From an uncultured marine group I thaumarchaeote (GTDB lineage: Archaea > Thermoproteota > Nitrososphaeria > Nitrososphaerales > Nitrosopumilaceae), in contig CACLIK010000001.1 in the NCBI GenBank assembly GCA_902606965.1, positions 10,992 through 74,991 of the forward strand: DNA of 64,000 bases, in the 5' to 3' direction. The notes under the pieces were generated by a model. That model was not told where the DNA came from. It made no database searches and worked only from the letters and a program-made list of their open reading frames with translations. Position numbers and translations under genes: made by a program. Of the stretch, positions 7,196 through 17,654 are shown piece after piece; the first letter of the stretch is position 1, and each line of letters starts with the position of its first letter.

Positions 7196-8669
7196 ATCCA
7201 GCATTAATTGCTGGAGTGGCAAATTCTGTAAATTGTATTATAGGTTCTGGATAGACACCGATAGTTACCATAAATATTATCGAAAATGCCATTATAGCTA
7301 TAATTGATTTTGGTTCTTTGATTCTCTTTTCTTTTTCACCCTCAAAGTACATCTTACGTATTATCCAACCGTAGTAAGCCAAAGACAGTGCGCTATTTAG
7401 AACACCTGCAACAGCAAGCCAAGGACCCCACCATACTACTGTACCAGCATCAATTGCAGCGCCAAATAACATTAACTTACTCCAAAATCCACTAAGTGGT
7501 GGAACACCTGCTAGTGCTAGCAAGGAAATTACTAATCCTAAAGATGTTATAGGCATGCGCCTTGCAAGACCCTTTAGTTTGTCAACATGTGTAATTGCTA
7601 ATGCGGTTACAATTCCCGCAACTGCAATGAATGCTGCACCTTTCATTACAGCATGGTTTAGTATATGAAATAGAGATCCTTGTAGACCAATACCAGAAAA
7701 CGGTGCGATAGACAAACCAATCAAGATATATCCCGCATGTCCAATGCTGGAATAAGCTAACATTCGAGCCAAGTTTTTTTGCATAACAGCCGCAATGTTG
7801 CCAACTGTCATTGTCATTACAGCGATAATACCTAAAGCTAATGTCCAGTCAAGACTTAGTGCAACTGAACCCATTACTACAACTCTCAAAGCGGCAGCAA
7901 AACCTGCTTTTTTAGTACCAGCAGCAAGTAGTGTTGCAATTGTAGGAGGCGCTCCTTCATACGTATCCGGCAGCCACATATGGAATGGAACCAAACCCAT
8001 CTTGAAGCCAAATCCAGCTATAAACATGCCAACTGCTAAAAGTCCAATTGGAATCATATTCGCGTCAAGAACCATAAAGCCCTGAATCACTTCACCAATG
8101 TTTGTAGAACCAGTAACACCATAAGCGAGAGATATACCATAGATTATGATTGCAGATGAAAGTGCTCCAAACAAAAAGTACTTTATAGCAGCTTCGTTAG
8201 AGATTGGATCCTTTTTCAAAAATCCTACCAATATGTACGTTGGAATACTCATTAATTCCCATGCAACAAAAAGCATTACAAGGTCTGTAGAATATGCAAC
8301 AAGTACCATTCCTATCGCAGAAAGTAGAATTAGTGAAAAATAGATTGACGGATTAGCTTTGTTTTTCATGTAACTGAATGAGCCGACAGTTGTGAATATT
8401 GCAACAATCAGCATAGCAATTGCAAACAATGAGCCAAATGCATCATCAACTAACACGTCCTGCGAAAAAATTGCTGCTGGTGCTACATGATCAAGTGCAA
8501 GTTGATAGAGAACATATCCAATTGCAGCGAATAATGCAATGAGAGTTGCTATGCCGTAAGACATCATTGAGCCTCTTTCTTTCAGTGCAACATTGATGAC
8601 TGGTAAGGCAACGCCAACACCACCAAGAATTGCGAGAATGATTATTGGAGTTGATGTTAGTTCGATCAT
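7185..8669 (-). CDS. nuoN: Complex I subunit N
   Basis: WELMSIPTY, EAAIKYF, FKMGLVPFHMWLPDTYEGAP, RMLAYSSIGHAG. Confidence 0.95.
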   Translation of the reverse strand: MIELTSTPIIILAILGGVGVALPVINVALKERGSMMSYGIATLIALFAAIGYVLYQLALDHVAPAAIFSQDVLVDDAFGSLFAIAMLIVAIFTTVGSFSYMKNKANPSIYFSLILLSAIGMVLVAYSTDLVMLFVAWELMSIPTYILVGFLKKDPISNEAAIKYFLFGALSSAIIIYGISLAYGVTGSTNIGEVIQGFMVLDANMIPIGLLAVGMFIAGFGFKMGLVPFHMWLPDTYEGAPPTIATLLAAGTKKAGFAAALRVVVMGSVALSLDWTLALGIIAVMTMTVGNIAAVMQKNLARMLAYSSIGHAGYILIGLSIAPFSGIGLQGSLFHILNHAVMKGAAFIAVAGIVTALAITHVDKLKGLARRMPITSLGLVISLLALAGVPPLSGFWSKLMLFGAAIDAGTVVWWGPWLAVAGVLNSALSLAYYGWIIRKMYFEGEKEKRIKEPKSIIAIMAFSIIFMVTIGVYPEPIIQFTEFATPAINAGFMP

Positions 8670-8679
8670 TTCATATCAC

Positions 8680-10752
8680 CTATATCAATAATATCAGAAC
8701 TACAAACAGAAGTCCTGCTCCAAATACGTAAAGATATGATTGTGGTACACCAGTCTGAGTTCCTTGCACAACTTTTGCTCCAAACCTAACTGAACGTTCT
8801 AATCCAATGTTCATGCCAGTGTCAATTGCAGTTCTCTCAAAGTATCTCCATATAGCTCTGGCAGCCCACAAAGGTGCAATAACAAAACTCCAATAAATTA
8901 AGGCATTAAGATACCATCTGTTTAGGATAACTTTGTGTAATGCATAAAAGAAAATATTTGAATTGATAAACTTGGCAGGATCTACCCAGCGACCAATGTA
9001 GAAAATATATCCTAGTCCAAATCCTGTTGCAAATGCAACTAGTGATGCACCTAATGCAATTGGGTTTAATCCAGAAAGGAATCCAGGCAAAACAGAATCC
9101 TCTCCAATGTAGTGAGATGAATGAATTCCAAATGAGTGGTCTAGGTACTCTTCAAATAGATGATGTAGATTCTCTTCAGCTGATAATCCGATTATTCCAA
9201 TTCCAATTGTTAGCACCGCAAGAATTCCGTATGGAATCCACATTGACTTTGGTGCTTCATGGATATGATGACCTTCACTTTCCATCTTTTCAACATGTTT
9301 ACTCTCTTTACCAAAGAATACCATGCCCATCATTCTTGTTGTATAGAATGCTGTGATGACAGCAGTCAAAACAGCTATGATGAAAATTGGTAATGCCCAT
9401 TCATTTCCTGATTCGTAAACAGCAGCAAAAATTGCATCTTTGCTCCAGAATCCTGTGGTGATAAATGGAGCTCCCATCAGTCCAAGACCTGCAGCCCACA
9501 TGAACGCGTATGTCTTCCGCATCTTTTTACGCAAACCGCCCATATCCGTCATAAACCGTGAACCAACAACATGTAACAACGAACCAGCAGCCATGAATAA
9601 TGAAGCCTTAAACATTGCATGGGAGATCATGTGGAAGAATCCGGCAGTATAGCCATCAACAAATTGTTGGGATAATCCAGCAATTCCAAGTGCCATCATC
9701 ATGTAACCAATTTGTGAGCCGGTAGAATATGCAAGGACTTTCTTAATCTCTGGATTTACCATACCTTGGGTTGCCAGCAAAAGTGCAGTTATTGCTCCAA
9801 CCCAAGCAATAATCTCAAAGAACTGATCTGCCAAAATTCCGGCAGCGCCAAGTGCAAAGAACAATGGTCCGAGCCTTGCAACCAAGAAAACGCCAGCTTT
9901 TACCATTGTAGCTGCGTGGATAAGGGCTGAAACAGCAGTTGGGCCAGTCATAGCTTCCAAGAGCCATTCGTTAAGTGGGAATTGTGCTGATTTTCCTATT
10001 GCACCACCAAAAAGCAATACCGCTGCCGGCACAAGTAGACTTTCTGCAGACATGTTAACTGCCCACGTTGTATCAACAAGCAGTTCCTTAAAGCCAAATG
10101 TTCCAGCGAATGCGAAGATCATAAACATGCCAGCAAGCATCATAACATCTCCAACCTTGGTCATGATGAATGCCTTCATTCCAGAGTGTGTTGGTGAATA
10201 GTATTCCATTATACCAAGTGCAGTTCTGCCTTCCTTGCCGACATGAGCTTTCGCCTTGTCACGATACCAAAAGCTGATCAGAGCATAAGATGCAAGTCCA
10301 ACCCCTTCCCAACCAAAGAAGAGCTGAAGCAAATTATCAGATAATACTATGAGTTGCATTGAACCAATAAAGAACATCATCCAGAACCAGAATCGAATTA
10401 TGTCTTTGTCGCCTTTCATGTATCCAGTACTGTAACACATGATCAGGAAAGAAATCCATCCTACCACGTTTGCCATGATTATTGAAAGAGGATCAGCTAA
10501 AACTCCAGCCTTTAAACCAATAGCAGAGATCCAATCAACCTGATCATGAATCTCATGTCCATCAAGTGCCATTGGAAGTAAAATCGCTGCTGAAATAGCA
10601 CTCATTGCAGCAAATCCAACAGCTACTCTACCAGTTGAAATCTTTGAAAACTTTCCAACCGCAGGAATAATTAGAGCAGCAATAAACGGAAGAATCCATA
10701 TCAACCAAGCATACATTGCTTCTCCTTCAGTTGCCATAACTTCTGTAGCCAT
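8680..10752 (-). CDS. nuoL: Complex I subunit L
   Basis: GWEGVG, GKSAQFPL..WL..AM.GPT.VSALIHAATMV, KKVLAYST, HAMFKA, SKDAI. Confidence 0.95.
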   Translation of the reverse strand: MATEVMATEGEAMYAWLIWILPFIAALIIPAVGKFSKISTGRVAVGFAAMSAISAAILLPMALDGHEIHDQVDWISAIGLKAGVLADPLSIIMANVVGWISFLIMCYSTGYMKGDKDIIRFWFWMMFFIGSMQLIVLSDNLLQLFFGWEGVGLASYALISFWYRDKAKAHVGKEGRTALGIMEYYSPTHSGMKAFIMTKVGDVMMLAGMFMIFAFAGTFGFKELLVDTTWAVNMSAESLLVPAAVLLFGGAIGKSAQFPLNEWLLEAMTGPTAVSALIHAATMVKAGVFLVARLGPLFFALGAAGILADQFFEIIAWVGAITALLLATQGMVNPEIKKVLAYSTGSQIGYMMMALGIAGLSQQFVDGYTAGFFHMISHAMFKASLFMAAGSLLHVVGSRFMTDMGGLRKKMRKTYAFMWAAGLGLMGAPFITTGFWSKDAIFAAVYESGNEWALPIFIIAVLTAVITAFYTTRMMGMVFFGKESKHVEKMESEGHHIHEAPKSMWIPYGILAVLTIGIGIIGLSAEENLHHLFEEYLDHSFGIHSSHYIGEDSVLPGFLSGLNPIALGASLVAFATGFGLGYIFYIGRWVDPAKFINSNIFFYALHKVILNRWYLNALIYWSFVIAPLWAARAIWRYFERTAIDTGMNIGLERSVRFGAKVVQGTQTGVPQSYLYVFGAGLLFVVLILLI

Positions 10753-10755
10753 TTT

Positions 10756-12306
10756 TTATCCTCCTAAAACCCCCTGCATGTATGGCATGATTTTTGATAA
10801 GAAAATATCAGGATAAATTCCAAGCACGATTGTAAATCCAGCAAGTACCATCATTGGTGAAAGCATATACCAACTGCCCTCTTTTACTTTGGAAAAATTT
10901 TCAGGGAGCTTTCCGAAAAAGACTCTCTTTAACATCCAAAGCATATATGCCATTGTAAGAACTGTCGCAACCAAACCAAGTGCAAACATTAATGATCTTA
11001 CATCGTTTCCTTCTTCCAATGCAGTTTCTAATACACCGTAAAACAACATCCATTCTCCCATAAAGCCGCTAGTAGGTGGTACGCCCATAATTGTGAGAGC
11101 ACCAATTACTGCACACACTGCGGTGATTGGTAGTTTACTTCCGAGTCCGCCTAGTTTTGAAAGACTTCGCGTTCCCACTTGGACAATTAAGATTCCAGCT
11201 GTCATGAAGAGCAAGCCTTTACCAAGTGCGTGGGAAACATACATCATTTCGGCACCAGCCAGACCGAGGGTTGACATCGAACCAATTCCAAACAGAAGGT
11301 ATCCCATTTGGCTTATACTCGAGTATGCGAAGACTCGTTTGATATCATCTTGCATTAATGCCATTGCGCCACCATAGAACATTGTGCCAACACCCCATAT
11401 GGTGATCCAAATGGACAAGTCTGCGTATGTTTGCGGTAAAAATTCAACAATTAGTCTGAATAGTGCATATGCGCCAATACCGATCATTGCGGGAGAAAGT
11501 AAAGCACTGATGGGAGTCGGTGCAGATCCATGAGCATAGGGCAACCAAATATGGAACCCAAATGCAGCAAGTTTTACACCTAAACCAATTATGATTGCTA
11601 CTGCCGCAGGAACTACAACATCAGTTGGAATGTCAGCTTCGTTAATATCTGCAAAATCAAAACTGCCAACGTTAAGACCTATAGCTAATAACCCTAAGAG
11701 TAAGATAACTGCACCAACATGTGTCCAGAAGAAGAACATGAGTGCAATTCTACGTCTTGGACGATCACCCCAGAATCCAACCAAAAGGAATGCTGGAATT
11801 AGCATGACTTCGAAGAATATGTAAAATTCAATCAGATTTGTTGCAAGTACTGTTCCAAGCATTCCCATTGAAAAAACTAGAAACAGTGCGTAATACACAC
11901 CGGACTGTCTGTTTACAAATTTTTCTAGAGATAGCGACTCTAAGGTTGTTCCATCACTTTGATAAACAGTTTTTGGTGCTTGCTCTTTGAAAAAATCCTG
12001 AAATTTGTGTAGCATGTAAGGTTTGGAGTATAATGCAAGTATTGTACACAAAACGTAGATCATTATTGCAAATGGAGCCGCTAAACCATCAAGCAAAAGT
12101 CCAAATTCACCAAAGAGTTCAGTCCAAGGATAATGTTCCTCGTATGTATCGTCAATAGATGCAGTGATAATTAGAATTGTACAGTAGAGCAACAATCCAA
12201 ATGTAAACCATGTTGCAGCAGTGTGACCAATCTTTCTACCAATAATGTATGCTAGAGGAGACAGTAGGAGAGGCAGGAAGACTGCCTGAAGTAATGCGTA
12301 CTCCAT
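10756..12306 (-). CDS. nuoM: Complex I subunit M
   Basis: FYIFFEVMLIP, HIWLPYAHGSAPT, DIKRVFAYSSISQMG, GFMGEW. Confidence 0.95.
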   Translation of the reverse strand: MEYALLQAVFLPLLLSPLAYIIGRKIGHTAATWFTFGLLLYCTILIITASIDDTYEEHYPWTELFGEFGLLLDGLAAPFAIMIYVLCTILALYSKPYMLHKFQDFFKEQAPKTVYQSDGTTLESLSLEKFVNRQSGVYYALFLVFSMGMLGTVLATNLIEFYIFFEVMLIPAFLLVGFWGDRPRRRIALMFFFWTHVGAVILLLGLLAIGLNVGSFDFADINEADIPTDVVVPAAVAIIIGLGVKLAAFGFHIWLPYAHGSAPTPISALLSPAMIGIGAYALFRLIVEFLPQTYADLSIWITIWGVGTMFYGGAMALMQDDIKRVFAYSSISQMGYLLFGIGSMSTLGLAGAEMMYVSHALGKGLLFMTAGILIVQVGTRSLSKLGGLGSKLPITAVCAVIGALTIMGVPPTSGFMGEWMLFYGVLETALEEGNDVRSLMFALGLVATVLTMAYMLWMLKRVFFGKLPENFSKVKEGSWYMLSPMMVLAGFTIVLGIYPDIFLSKIMPYMQGVLGG

Positions 12307-12611
12307 TATCCCTTCAGGCTCCTAAAGTCAGCTACATCTATGTTCTTGTACATTCTGTATGCCACAATAATAAGCGCAAGTCCAACAGCAACCTCCGCAG
12401 CTGCTATTGCAATGGAAAATAGTGCGAATGTCTGTCCACCACTGTGTGGTAAAAATCTTGCAAATGCAACTAGATTTAGGTTTGCTGCATTTATGACAAT
12501 CTCAACTGCAAATAACATTCGAATGAAATTTCGCTTTACAGATAAACCATAAATACCAATTGCCAAAAGTGCAACAGAAACAATTACAAAATCAATCAGT
12601 TCGTTGCTCAT
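12306..12611 (-). CDS. nuoK: Complex I subunit K
   Basis: RNFIRML..VEIVINAANL, IAAAEVAVGLA. Confidence 0.95.
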   Translation of the reverse strand: MSNELIDFVIVSVALLAIGIYGLSVKRNFIRMLFAVEIVINAANLNLVAFARFLPHSGGQTFALFSIAIAAAEVAVGLALIIVAYRMYKNIDVADFRSLKG

Positions 12612-13107
12612 CTTCTACCTCATCATGTCTTCGTGCCAGGATCATAGCACCAGTAACTGAACCAGCCAACACAAGTGCCATTGCAACAAGTGCTGGCCAA
12701 TAATATATCAGAAAGTCTTCACCGATCTCTCGATAATCAACGGCTGGTTCCTCAGTGGTTATCGAGGAGATACCTGAATTGAATACTATAGCACCTAAGG
12801 AGATCATAACGATTAGCATGAGACCAATTCCTGCATACCTTCGTTTTGTATCCTCCTTCTTCTGAAAGATTAACTCCCTCTTTACCAGCATAATAGTAAA
12901 CAAAATCAGTACCGCAATAGAACCAACATACACAGCAATCTGGAACAATGCTACAAACGGTGAATCTAAAAGAATGAAAAATCCAGCAATGCCTCCCAAT
13001 GTTCCCATTAAAGCTATACCGCCATAAACTAGTGAGCGCATTTCAAGCGCTGCTATTGCAGAAACTATTGTCAAAACTGCAATGCCAAGGAAAAGTGAAT
13101 CAACCAT
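12592..13107 (-). CDS. nuoJ: Complex I subunit J
   Basis: QIAVYVGSIAVLILFTIML; start trimmed to ATG 13107, overlapping the nuoI stop. Confidence 0.92.
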   Translation of the reverse strand: MVDSLFLGIAVLTIVSAIAALEMRSLVYGGIALMGTLGGIAGFFILLDSPFVALFQIAVYVGSIAVLILFTIMLVKRELIFQKKEDTKRRYAGIGLMLIVMISLGAIVFNSGISSITTEEPAVDYREIGEDFLIYYWPALVAMALVLAGSVTGAMILARRHDEVEDEQRTD

Positions 13108-13597
13108 GTTTAGCACCCTTTTCATCAATCTGAATGTCTACGTCTTGATCAACTTGTGGTTTCACTTGTAGCTGTGCAGGAGTGTAAATTAGACCCTCTT
13201 TGGTAAATGAAGACAATTCATAATCGTTTGTCATATACAATGCATAGAAAGGACACGCATCAACACATAGTCCACAAAATACACATTTACCATAATCTAT
13301 CTGAGGCATTATGGCCTTTTTGTTATGTTTCCATTCCTCCTCTACTTTTGGCATTGCTATTGCTTCAGCAATATCTTCGCAAGCGATTGAACACAGCTGA
13401 CATCCAGTGCATTTGTCATGGAAAAGTATGTGGCGTCCCTTGTATCCAGCTATGCCTACACCAGCTTCAGGATCATATTGGTAACCATCTCCTACAAACT
13501 TTAGTTTCTGCTCCGGATACCTAAATGTAAAACGTTTAGTTGCAATATGTCTAACACCAGAATTAAGTGCTCTAATTATTCCAGATGCAGTTCCCAT
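13100..13597 (-). CDS. nuoI: Complex I subunit I (2x[4Fe-4S])
   Basis: CTGCQLCSIAC and CVFCGLCVDACP. Confidence 0.95.
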   Translation of the reverse strand: MGTASGIIRALNSGVRHIATKRFTFRYPEQKLKFVGDGYQYDPEAGVGIAGYKGRHILFHDKCTGCQLCSIACEDIAEAIAMPKVEEEWKHNKKAIMPQIDYGKCVFCGLCVDACPFYALYMTNDYELSSFTKEGLIYTPAQLQVKPQVDQDVDIQIDEKGAKHG

Positions 13598-14904
13598 TAT
13601 AGTATACCTCCTGGTCCTATAATACCACTATAAACCAAAGCTAAGGCAATGAAGATATTGACAAAAGCTAACATGATTAACTTGTACCAACCAATCTGTA
13701 ATAACAAATCAATTCTAATACGTGGAAAAACTCCTCTTGGAATAAGTATGACTAGAATTACTCCAACAGTTTTGAGTACAAACCAAATTAATCCATTTAT
13801 CATCTCCTGCGAGAATAATAGCCCGCCTTCAATTTCTAAGGTAAGTGCACCTGGCATCAGAACAACACCATCAGTGATAACCTCTGCAATTGGTTCCATT
13901 GGATAAAACCAAGGTCCATTCCATCCACCTAGGAATAACACAACAAAAAGTGCCGCAAAGGCGTAAAGTTTTAGATAAGAACCAAGTTGCACTAGACCGT
14001 ACATCATTCCAGAAAATTCAGTTAGCCAACCTGCTACAATTTCACTCTCTGCTTCAGGTAGATCAAATGGAATTCTTTCAAGTTCGGCAAGTATACAGAT
14101 GAAAAATACAATTGCTCCAATTGGCATGAAGATTATCCATGGAAAGCTGGCTTGACTCTCAACAATCTCAACTAAATTAAGAGTTCCAGTCAGCATTACA
14201 ATTCCCAAAAGTGAGAGAATTAGTGGAATTTCAAATGAAACCATTTGATAAAGAGCCCTAATACCACCGATGAATGGGAATTTACTGTTAGCAGACCATG
14301 CCGACACGATAGTGATTATTGGGAAAAATCCTATTACTGCAAAGACTGCTAACAGACCTAAATCAATGTCAGCTACAACCCATCCAGGTGCAACAGGTAT
14401 CAGTGCAACAAATGCACCTGCAGTTGCAGCAAAGAGTACAGGAGCCGCCCAGAAAAGAGGCTTGTCAGCTTTTGCTGGAATTATTATTTCCTTGGAAATT
14501 AATTTCAAACCATCAGCCATTAATTGTAGGATGCCCTCAACTTTTCCACAATAGAATGGTCCGACTCTCAACTGTAGTTTTGCCAACAATTTTCTTTCGA
14601 CAAATATAGTTGCGGCTGCAATCAAGGCTGCAAATCCAAATCCAGGAAATGCTGCAACCTTGAAGAAATCAGTTTGCATGAAAGATTTCACTAAAGGCAA
14701 CGCCCTTTCCGGATGTGTCATTGCATCTAATACTCTAAACGGATTCCAAATCTCTCCATCTATTATGGGAAAATCTATGTAGATCAGAACAATTTGAACA
14801 ACTGGGAGGCCAACCAAAGTTAATATGACAATTATCCAAAAAATGTTGTCGGTAAGACCTTTGATAAGATAACCAAGTCTAAACTTGGGTGCAATTACAG
14901 ACAT
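13597..14904 (-). CDS. nuoH: Complex I subunit H
   Basis: ERKLLAKLQLRVGP, ADGLKLISKE, ELERIPFDLPEAESEIVAGW. Confidence 0.95.
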   Translation of the reverse strand: MSVIAPKFRLGYLIKGLTDNIFWIIVILTLVGLPVVQIVLIYIDFPIIDGEIWNPFRVLDAMTHPERALPLVKSFMQTDFFKVAAFPGFGFAALIAAATIFVERKLLAKLQLRVGPFYCGKVEGILQLMADGLKLISKEIIIPAKADKPLFWAAPVLFAATAGAFVALIPVAPGWVVADIDLGLLAVFAVIGFFPIITIVSAWSANSKFPFIGGIRALYQMVSFEIPLILSLLGIVMLTGTLNLVEIVESQASFPWIIFMPIGAIVFFICILAELERIPFDLPEAESEIVAGWLTEFSGMMYGLVQLGSYLKLYAFAALFVVLFLGGWNGPWFYPMEPIAEVITDGVVLMPGALTLEIEGGLLFSQEMINGLIWFVLKTVGVILVILIPRGVFPRIRIDLLLQIGWYKLIMLAFVNIFIALALVYSGIIGPGGIL

Positions 14905-16059
14905 TTACCTATCTGCCTCCACTGGCCAATAGTTTAAACTCCAGTAAACAGGTGGAAGATTTCCAAGCTTTTCACCTGTAAGTAGATGTGGCATAGCAAT
15001 CAAATTTCTGAATGAAGGAACGTTGATCTTTATTCTATATGGTTGTGGTTTCCCATCTGAAACAATATGCATGCCAAGAGCACCCCTACCTGATTCTACC
15101 CTACGATAGACCTCAGTGTCTCCGCCTTTTGGTTTTGGTTTTAGTTTTACTCTAACTGATCCAGACTTTGGCATTTTTTTAAGCGCATTTCTAATTATAT
15201 TACAACTCTCAAGCATATCAAGCCAAGGAATTTTAGAACGGGCGTAAGAATCTCCTTCTTTAAGTACATTAGTTTGAAAATCTAATTCTTCGTAAACATC
15301 GTACGGTTCTTTCTTCCTAATATCAAAGTCAACACCACTGGCACGTAAAACAGAACCAGTTGTACCAAGTTTAATTGCATCTTCTCTTGACAAAACGCCG
15401 GTATCCTTAGTTCGTGAAATCAGAATTGGATTGTCATAAAAAACATCAGCATATTCTTTTAGTCTCTTCTCAAAATAATTTACCTGTCTCAAACATACAT
15501 CCTCAAAGTTGGCAGGGACATCATTTCTTACCCCTCCAGGAACAAAATACGCATGGGTAACCCGCGCTCCAGTCATCTTATCCAATAGATCAATCATGAG
15601 TTCACGGTCACCTACAGGCCACATGAACATCGTAGAGTGACCAAGGAAAATTCCATAGATGCCAAGCCAATATTCTGTATAGACGCAACGGTTGAGCTCA
15701 GCAGCTATTACTCTAAGGTACTTTGCTCGTTCCGGAACTTCCAAACCAAGTAGTTCTTCAACTCCTAGACAGTATGGATAGAGAATGTTACACGAATCAT
15801 GAATAACTGGTCTTTCCAGATGAGGAATGTTTGTTATGTAATTTCTATACTCAGCCATCTTTTCTTCCCCTCTGTGTACATAACCAGGGTCTGGATCGCA
15901 GTGAACAATATAATCACCATCTACTTTCAAGATGATTCGCATGTGACCAGAGCCAGGATGTTGAGGACCAACATTAAGTGTCATTATTCTGTCATCAACT
16001 TTTTCTAGCTGAAGTCCAGGAAGCGTTTGTGTATCTTTTGGATATACTTGTCCACTCAT
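14905..16059 (-). CDS. nuoD: Complex I subunit D
   Basis: NVGPQHPGSGHMR, GYVHRGEEK, C-terminal EADR. Confidence 0.95.
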   Translation of the reverse strand: MSGQVYPKDTQTLPGLQLEKVDDRIMTLNVGPQHPGSGHMRIILKVDGDYIVHCDPDPGYVHRGEEKMAEYRNYITNIPHLERPVIHDSCNILYPYCLGVEELLGLEVPERAKYLRVIAAELNRCVYTEYWLGIYGIFLGHSTMFMWPVGDRELMIDLLDKMTGARVTHAYFVPGGVRNDVPANFEDVCLRQVNYFEKRLKEYADVFYDNPILISRTKDTGVLSREDAIKLGTTGSVLRASGVDFDIRKKEPYDVYEELDFQTNVLKEGDSYARSKIPWLDMLESCNIIRNALKKMPKSGSVRVKLKPKPKGGDTEVYRRVESGRGALGMHIVSDGKPQPYRIKINVPSFRNLIAMPHLLTGEKLGNLPPVYWSLNYWPVEADR

Positions 16060-16062
16060 TTT

Positions 16063-16605
16063 TTATCTACCCTTAATTGCAAAGTCTTTTCTGAGTGGTG
16101 GTATATCTGCCCAATCTTCTGGTAATAATAGACGTCTGTTATCAGGATGACCATCAAAATAAACTCCTAACATCTCAAAACATTCTCTTTCATGAAATGA
16201 AACGCTTGGAAAAACGTCACGTAAACTTGGAAGTTTTGTACTATCGTTACCAGGATTTGGATTGTCTTCACGCGGTGTTCGTGTAGCTAAAGCAAGAATT
16301 TTTTTCTCAAGTGATTGATCAGTGTAAGAACCTAAGTGATAGACAACTTCAATTTGTTTGTCCTCTGGATAATCAACACCACTTACTGACTCTGCATGAT
16401 CAAAATTAAGCTCGTCACGAATAAAAGACGCAACATCAATGATATCTTCTTTTTTTACATTTACACGAATCCTGTCTGGTTTTACATATGCAATTTCAAC
16501 GTTTGAAAACTTTTTTGATATTGAATCAGACAATGATTTATCAGAATCAGAAACTAATGATGAATCATCAGTCTTCGCGATCTCTGTGCTGTCGGTAGAG
16601 CTCAT
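16063..16605 (-). CDS. nuoC: Complex I subunit C
   Basis: HERECFEMLGVYFDGHPDNRRLLLPEDW..PPLRKDF. Confidence 0.95.
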   Translation of the reverse strand: MSSTDSTEIAKTDDSSLVSDSDKSLSDSISKKFSNVEIAYVKPDRIRVNVKKEDIIDVASFIRDELNFDHAESVSGVDYPEDKQIEVVYHLGSYTDQSLEKKILALATRTPREDNPNPGNDSTKLPSLRDVFPSVSFHERECFEMLGVYFDGHPDNRRLLLPEDWADIPPLRKDFAIKGR

Positions 16606-16612
16606 CTTATCA

Positions 16613-17170
16613 CTACCTTGGTTTCATCCGTTTAATTTTCTCTTGAAGTAACATGCATCCCTGAATCAGGGTTTCAGGTCTTGGAGGACATCCTGGTACG
16701 TAAACATCCACAGGTAATATGCCATCTATTCCAGGCAGTACATTGTATGAATCAAAATATAATCCTCCAGTGATGGCACATGCACCCATTGCAATAACAT
16801 ATTTTGGTTCGGGCATTTGATCATATACCAAACGAAGCCTAGGTGCCATCTTTCTTGTAATTGTACCTTGTACGACAACAAGATCACATTGTCTTAAACT
16901 ACCAAAAGCCTCTATAATCCCAAATCTCTCAACATCGTATCTTGGACCTGATGCCGCACCAAACTCCACACTGCAGCATGCAGTCTCAATGTGAACAGGC
17001 CATAATGACCACAGGCGTCCCCAATTGAGAGCCATCCCTAATGGACTGTCAATTGCTTTGTAAAGCATGTCGCCTAATTTCCCAACAAAGACATTAGCAT
17101 TGTGAGGATTTACTTTGTCTATTATGTTCAATCCACTAGACTGCTTTGGGGTTACAAGGTCGTCTACCAT
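16613..17170 (-). CDS. nuoB: Complex I subunit B
   Basis: TACCSVEF, YDQMPEPKYVIAMGAC, VDVYVPGCPPRPE; start trimmed to ATG 17170. Confidence 0.95.
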   Translation of the reverse strand: MVDDLVTPKQSSGLNIIDKVNPHNANVFVGKLGDMLYKAIDSPLGMALNWGRLWSLWPVHIETACCSVEFGAASGPRYDVERFGIIEAFGSLRQCDLVVVQGTITRKMAPRLRLVYDQMPEPKYVIAMGACAITGGLYFDSYNVLPGIDGILPVDVYVPGCPPRPETLIQGCMLLQEKIKRMKPR

Positions 17171-17538
17171 ATGTTCTTCCTCTTTGTTTGATAAAGTGCA
17201 AATGCCATTGCGGCAAACATTATTCCTAAGAATGCAAGTATTGGAAGTGTAGCCTCTTTTGGTAGATCCAATAATGCGCTTCCCCACGCATACAAGAAGA
17301 TAGCCATTACATCGAAGATAACAAACATGAGAATGTAGGCATAATATTGCATCATGAAATGAGTACGACCTGCCCCTGATGGGACTTGACCACATTCCAT
17401 AGGCAAGTACTTGACTGGATTACTTTTTGTACGTGGTGAAATCATTCTAGATATAACTAGGGCTGGAGCCAAAGCGAGTACTGCAAATCCAAACATAAAC
17501 AATACATTGCTATAACCTGCAACGGTTTCTCCGACCAA
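17164..17538 (-). CDS. nuoA: Complex I subunit A
   Basis: KYLPMECG, QYY..ILMFVIFDV.AIFLYAW; TTG start. Confidence 0.93.
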   Translation of the reverse strand: MVGETVAGYSNVLFMFGFAVLALAPALVISRMISPRTKSNPVKYLPMECGQVPSGAGRTHFMMQYYAYILMFVIFDVMAIFLYAWGSALLDLPKEATLPILAFLGIMFAAMAFALYQTKRKNIW

Positions 17539-17654
17539 AGCAGCTTGAGTCTCGTTGGAGAATATAAAAATCTATTTAGGTTATTAACGATCGAAATAAC
17601 TGAATTTTATTTCTATCCCTCATGATTGATATAGTACATTTTTTAGATTAAGAT

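Noticed and set aside
17171-17395. 75-aa N-terminal extension of NuoB in the ORF track
   Set aside because: Lies inside nuoA in another frame; ATG 17170 gives a normal operon overlap
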